Shown in pieces: positions 58,306-64,000 of a DNA stretch of 64,000 bases. The notes below the pieces were generated by a model. That model was not told where the DNA came from, ran no database searches, and saw nothing but the letters and a program-made list of their open reading frames with translations. Each line of letters opens with the position of its first letter. Positions within the stretch are counted from its first letter, which is position 1. The DNA is taken from positions 44,001 through 108,000 of the forward strand of contig NIVC01003268.1 in the NCBI GenBank assembly GCA_002269645.1, read 5' to 3'. This stretch comes from Macrostomum lignano (taxonomy: Eukaryota). The position numbers were made by a program, and so were the translations under genes.

Positions 58306-59043
58306 ATGTCGATAAACTTTGCAGGTGAATCCATTTCTGGCAACAGCGCTCTTACATCAGCTCAGATATCCATCCTTGACAGGCGATATATCAACAGCGA
58401 CGAAAAGATCCCAGAGATCAAACTGAATAAAAACAGACTGAAAGCCCTAGAGCGCTCCATGCACCAGTTGCAAATAAACATGGAAGATCTCAGGCTTAAA
58501 GTAGCTAGGCAGAAGTTTGAAAGTGATAAGCTTTATGTGCCGTTGTTAAACAAAACTAATGAACTTAGGTCAGAAATAACTTCGATAGTCTCGCTAATCA
58601 ACGGCTTGAGATCATCAGTTAATCTTCTGGGAAATTCCACTGATAGACGGATGCGTATTCTTGAAGGAGGAGTTTTCACAAACACAGCTAAAGTAAATAA
58701 TTTAGAAGAGTTCATGAACCAGTCAACAGCGTTGCATGATAGAATTAAAGAAAACGTCGCAACCATTACAGGTAAAGTCAATAATTTAGAAGAGTTCATG
58801 ACTCAGTCAACATCGTTGCATGATCGAATCAAAGAAAGACTTGAAGCATTAAAGAGAAAGGATGTATCACACAGTAGCTATCTAAACGGAATGTATAGCT
58901 CCTGGGGTAAAATACTAAGGAGGCTTGATCGTCTGGAGAGAACACTCAATCTTCGTGACATTGCTATTGATGAAGCAGAATCTGCTGCTCGTCCGGTCAT
59001 GTCTACAGATCGAGTAGAAGGAGCTCTGGACCCGCCGGAGTAA
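58306..59043 (+). CDS. 245-aa coiled-coil protein with a 28-aa internal duplication
   Basis: Intact ORF; KVNNLEEFM.QST.LHDRIKE occurs twice. Confidence 0.7.
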   Translation: MSINFAGESISGNSALTSAQISILDRRYINSDEKIPEIKLNKNRLKALERSMHQLQINMEDLRLKVARQKFESDKLYVPLLNKTNELRSEITSIVSLINGLRSSVNLLGNSTDRRMRILEGGVFTNTAKVNNLEEFMNQSTALHDRIKENVATITGKVNNLEEFMTQSTSLHDRIKERLEALKRKDVSHSSYLNGMYSSWGKILRRLDRLERTLNLRDIAIDEAESAARPVMSTDRVEGALDPPE

Positions 59044-59215
59044 TCCGGCACGCTCTCAAACGTCAGCCGCCCAGCCGCTGCCTGCTGGACTCGCGATCCT
59101 CCGGCGTCACGAGAGCCGCCTAGACAACCGGCGGTGCAGATGGAATTATCAAAAAGAAAACAGATCTTTCAACCGGATAGTTTTATAATTTTTTTATTTT
59201 TTCTAGAGAAAAAAA

Positions 59216-59966
59216 ATGGCCCAACAAAATTCTCTATACGATCAGTCTCAATACGTTGAACCTAAAATACCGACAGCACCAAACTCAATGGCACCGAATT
59301 CGAACACACAAAGCCTGAATGCACCGAATCTGAATGCACCTCAATATGAGCAGCAAAAACTCTACCCCGTCATTACTTGTAACTCTCAACAGTTTCGACT
59401 GGTAGAGATTCAAAAAATGCGCGATGATCTTGAAAAAAATATTTTCCACAACACAAAGAAAATTAAGCGCTATGACAACCACTGTAAATTTTTCGACTAC
59501 AGCAATATGATTCTAGGATCTGTGTCTGTTCTATCTGGATCTGCTGCAGCTGTCTCAGTGTTGCCAGCCATCACAGTCCCAATCGCAATTCCACTGGTTC
59601 AGTAGGTGCTGCATGTGGACTTATTTCAGCAATTACTGGAGCAGTAGCGCGAAACAGGCGAAAAAAACTAAAGCAGCTACAGGAGAAGCAAGTAAAAGAG
59701 AAAGGGGTGCACACATCAATCATAGGTACATTTCAAGGGCAATCGAGGATAAGTTCATTTCAGAGGATGAGTTCAAAACCATTCAGGATCTTTATGAACA
59801 ATCAATTCGAATGAACTTGAACATGGTCGGTACTGATGACATGAGTCAGCTGAGAAATGAACTCGAGAAAGTTCTTCAACATTATGGAAAGAAGGACAAC
59901 GAGAAGTACAACGAGAAATGCACAATGAACCCCTATGAAACACAGGTACGAATAATTTCCTTGTAG
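59216..59966 (+). CDS. PW-like membrane-associated Polinton protein (frameshifted ~59600)
   Basis: QQFRLVEI..E..KKIKRY followed by a Gly/Ala-rich hydrophobic hairpin (ILGSVSVLSGSAAAVSVLPAITVPIAIPL..) and AIEDKFISEDEF. Confidence 0.62.
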
Positions 59967-60332
59967 GTCTTTCGTGTTTTGGTCATTGCATACAAAACAG
60001 TCATGCACAGCTCACCGCAAATATCACTGCTAAGACCTTGGAGAATAAAGTCTGAGCGATAAATTTTTTTATTATTTTTTCCCTTCATATAATTTCTTAG
60101 CTCTTCTGGTACTGCCGTCCCATAGCTATCGAAGTAATAACACTTGTGCTTGCGATCGGGATCAATCACCCAGCAAACCCAATGAGATCCTGGCTTATCG
60201 GTGTGTCAAAGTTCATGATGCCGCATTCTTTCTTAGAGGAAAATCAGGCAGAGTGTCCCTCATAAATATTCCTCTAAAGTTTGGGATTTCCAGTTCGTTA
60301 GCCAAATCTTCAAGAAAGTTATTTGTTGTCAT
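59933..60332 (-). CDS. Adenain-like cysteine (maturation) protease, frameshifted
   Basis: FRGIFMRDTLP..GSHWVC..YYFDSYG..LQ..SDICGELC supplies the His/Asp/Gln/Cys catalytic set. Confidence 0.9.
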
Positions 60333-60365
60333 TTTTTATGAGGTTTATTAAACTTTCTCTTAAAC

Positions 60366-63300
60366 CTAAACCCAATATCCACCTCCTAAACCTAACCTCC
60401 AATGCCCGAACGGTAGACTGTTGATATTGTCATCAAAAATGAATCTCTTGTTATCTGCACCTGACAGTCCAATCTTCTTTTGCTGAATTGTGTGAATAAT
60501 ATGGTTTTTAGATTGTAGCTTTGAGAACTCATGTGATGTCTTTTTGTTGCAATTCAAGGCGTCTCTGTATTCAGCTTCATTAATTTCCTTCCTAACCACA
60601 CGTTTCGGAATTCCCTTTGATTTTTTATTGGGTCTGACGACTCACATTTTATAAAATAGGACTTTGCTCTCAACCCAATGAATTCAGTGATTATGTCACC
60701 AGCAATCTCGTCCTTCATTTTCCCAATCACTTTCTTGTTAGTGGCGTCAAACACTTGATCGCCATTCAGCGTCCTGCAAGATTCATCATACTCAGACAAG
60801 TCAAACAAATCTTTTTGCTGCAGCATGTCCTGATAAATGTCTTCTGTTTGAATGTCCATAATAAAACTGTCTGTGTCAGTGTACAAGAGTTTCATTTTAT
60901 CCTTGTACTGCTGCTTCATGCCATAGAAGAATTGGTACATCAGACGTTTTGATTCGTCGAGAACAGTGACACCTGTATAGATCGGCTTGCGCAGCGTCAC
61001 CTTGGTTTTGTAAAATATGATCACACCTAAGTAGCTATTAAAGATATGGAGTTCTTTGAATGTTGGCTTTGACATATTTGCCTGAATAACATCAGGCTCT
61101 GATGAGGTAACAAGTTTCAGGTTTGTTCTTTTCCGCTCATTCTCAAGAGTCTTGCCATAGACAGAGTTGTTGGCCAACTTAAAGAGGTTCTTGTCAAAGT
61201 CGTTGGTTGCTTTGTCCTAAACTGGGTGTTCTTATCAATGTAGGGTTTCATCCACGCTTCCTCTGTAAATGTAAGAGCCCTGTGAACTTTGGTGACCCTG
61301 CAACCAAGTGAGATAAAATACTGAAGCAGTTTGTAATGGATTTTGTAACGTGTCTTGTTGTTTAGATTCTGTGTTAGTTTCTCTGTATGTTCTTTTTCTG
61401 TTCCTGACAGGTGCCAAGTTCCATTATTATCATTGGGAGTTTCGATTATTTTCGGCACTTGATGTTCTCTGGGAAGGGTGGAAAGTCAGAGAAATAGTCG
61501 TGAAGCTCTGGTGGAATGTAAACATCAACTCATAAATGGCAGCCAATGAAAAGTCCCTTTGAATTCTGATGAGGGTACCATCGAAAATCTCTAACTGGAA
61601 GATCTTGACTCATCGCCCACCCGTAGAGATTATTAGCGTCCAAGTAAGTAATGTAGTTTGAGGGCTGCTCCTTATTGTAAGATTCAATGTAGGGATTGTT
61701 TGCTTTTGCATACCTGTTAACGCAAATTGAGATTCCCCCTCGCTTTGACGATTCGACAAAATTGTACATGTCAATGTCTGTAAGAAGTTCAATGTACCAA
61801 TCTGGATCTTGATCCCATTTCATTTTAAGCAAAGATTCCCAGCTAGTGGCAGGAGAGACACATAATGTGCTGGATCGAGGCCATAGCTGTGTACCAGGTG
61901 TATCTGAAGGTTTCAAACACATCGGCCAGCAGAAACACATCTGTGAAGAGGTAAAGCAGGTGATACTGGAAGAAGTTTTGACAATTAAAGTAATTATAGA
62001 CATGCTTCGCGTGCTCATAGTCTTTGTCAGAGATTCCAGAGTCTGTTAGCTTTGAAAAGAACTTCTCCTGTGGTGGTAAACCTTCTTCAAATACGTGATA
62101 CCCAGTAATATTTTCATAGGGGTAGAAGCCTTTCTTTCTTAAAGTTTAAATGATTCATCAGTGTTGTTAATTTTACTTGCAAACATCTTTGTATATGTAC
62201 ATTGTTCATCTTTTAGATTCTTGCTTAGTTCGTCTAGACTGGCAGCTAGAAATTGATATGAATCCTTCAGTCTTATTTTACCTGTACCCGAATTATCCTG
62301 TTTAATATCAACACACTTAAACTTCTCCTTGTTCTCTGCGATGCAATCAAGGTGTATGTCTGGAATCATGCCGATTTTTTCAACTATTAAATGCATGTCA
62401 TAGTTCTTTGCGTTGTGACAAAATATCGTTAGATCATGAATGTTCGATTTTAGCTTTAGATTACAGGTGTTATGCGCTGCACCTCTAAATTTCCCAGTAA
62501 AGTGGCAGTGGTCCCTAACGGTGGGGTTTTTAATATTAGTGCAAGTTAAATGTTTCCTGCAGATGTGGCAATGAGTTGCTGATAGGAAATTGCTTTCATC
62601 CTCCTCAGTCATCATTATTGGAACAGGTTGAAGGGTGCTAATCACTTTTTGCAACTCTAACATTCTGGCAATAAACTGCTCCACACACTGCTCTCCAAAG
62701 AAATAATTATACTCAACAAGTCCTTTTGTATTAATAAAGGCATATGCTACTGAATTGGGGACATGTTTTTGAGTTTGAGTTTGTTTTTGAGTTTCCGGCA
62801 TGATTGAGCATTCGAAATCAGCATATACAACAAATGGGAGCTTCTCCATCTTGTGATAGTTCTTAAACCGGAGATACTTCTCTTCAGCTGAAGGAAGAGA
62901 GCAGTTTGTCGGGTGATCCTCGCATGATAATTCATGCTCTGTTAGTTTTTCAAAGCGTTCAGGTCCACTGTAATGCTTAAGGCACAAGCGGCAGATGGCA
63001 ACAGCCTCGTGATGATTATTCAACTGCTTGTGAATGAGTCTTGAAAGATCTTTAATCCAAACATAGTGAGCCTCCTCTAGTAAATTACCAATCACTAGAA
63101 GATCCACTTCAGTCCGCCTTTTCCCCTCGGGATCTAAAACGTCTTTGCTACATCTGACCGGTTGAACTTTCTCAGTTTTTTCACTCCACTCAAAGACTGT
63201 GATTCTAATTTTGTTATTAAACACTTCTTCTAGCTTTGGATCTGAGAGATCGCCAAGCCTCCTTTGTCAAACCTGATTCCCTTCTTTTCGCATTGATGAG

Positions 63301-64000
63301 ATAGTAGTTGAAATAATTTTGATAATTTGAGGTTCTTTCGGGGTGGTGAGGTACACTAAAAAGTGCAGAAAGAACTGCCCATAGAGCACAGCAATTGTCT
63401 TTATTTTTAACATTTATGCAAGCTTTTTTGCCGGCTAGCTTGTGTGGAGCTCTATATAAGAGGAGGCTTTAAGTGGGTCATATTTCATGACCATGACAGT
63501 CGCTCTTTGAATCCCCACGACCCATCCGGAACCTCTGGATGTAAACGCTTCAATTTTCTTAGTGACATCTTGAAGGAAAGGATCCAGTGTGTCTGTAGGG
63601 GTGAATGGCTTTGCCTTTGTTGTCATGTAATACTCGAGATGCTCAGTGGGTTTCGCAGGCATATAAAACGCAATCTTGAATGATATCTGTAGTTTAAAGT
63701 CTTGCGTGTTTTGAGTGTGTGATCAACAACTGATTGGATGCTGTCTTTATAGTCGTAATGTTTGCGGTGGTATCCTTAATTGGGATTGTGTACTCTATGT
63801 AATGTTCTGTAAACTTCTCTGTGCAAAATTAATCTCTTCAGTGGCAAGCTCCGACTCTTTTAAATGGATTAATTGCTCTAATTTCTCTTGTTCCTGCTTA
63901 TTTTGTGGGTACTTTGCTTTTTCACCAGTGAGAGTTTCATATTTGTTAACTAAGTTGCGACTCCTCTCTTGGTGTTCCTTTGCAGAATTTTTTATAGGCG
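60366..64000 (-). CDS. polB: Protein-primed family B DNA polymerase (multiple frameshifts; N-terminus beyond the window)
   Basis: GSGW..YDPLKASSYI; C..C..VRDHCHFTGKFRGAAH..CN; HNAKNYD; YLDANNLYG; ANNSVYGK; YTDTDS; FIGLRAKSY. Confidence 0.93.

Larger units (their letters stand above)
52749..64000. mobile_element. Endogenous Polinton/Maverick (adintovirus-type dsDNA virus), right part beyond the window
   Basis: Intronless, densely packed genes for mCP, MCP, A32-like ATPase, adenain protease and pPolB; left terminus begins AGTAG. Confidence 0.92.

Overview
Eukaryotic (invertebrate animal) genomic DNA with spliceosomal introns; there is no support for a prokaryotic origin or CRISPR. The species cannot be determined from sequence alone; a flatworm such as Macrostomum is only a guess from composition. 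There are three blocks. (1) 1-~39,100: three tandem segmental duplicates, each opening with a 23-bp minisatellite array and carrying a 3-exon gene for a secreted ~627-aa protein. The protein has a signal peptide, two tandem copies of an unrecognised domain and a C-terminal fibrinogen-related domain (FReD). The copies are near-identical in framework but hypervariable in the FReD ligand-binding region and in one N-terminal block. Each copy is disabled differently (LINE in the signal peptide; frameshift plus Ngaro insertion; single premature stop). Passengers include Gypsy relics, two Ngaro tyrosine-recombinase retrotransposons and several minisatellites. (2) ~41,300-47,002: an apparently intact multi-exon PDE9A-like phosphodiesterase gene (minus strand) with a GC-AG intron and intronic tRNA-SINEs. 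(3) 52,749-64,000: an endogenous Polinton/Maverick (adintovirus-type) element inserted into a 177-bp satellite. It encodes minor and major capsid proteins, packaging ATPase, adenain protease, protein-primed PolB, putative core/membrane proteins and a small ORF resembling half an RNase T2.
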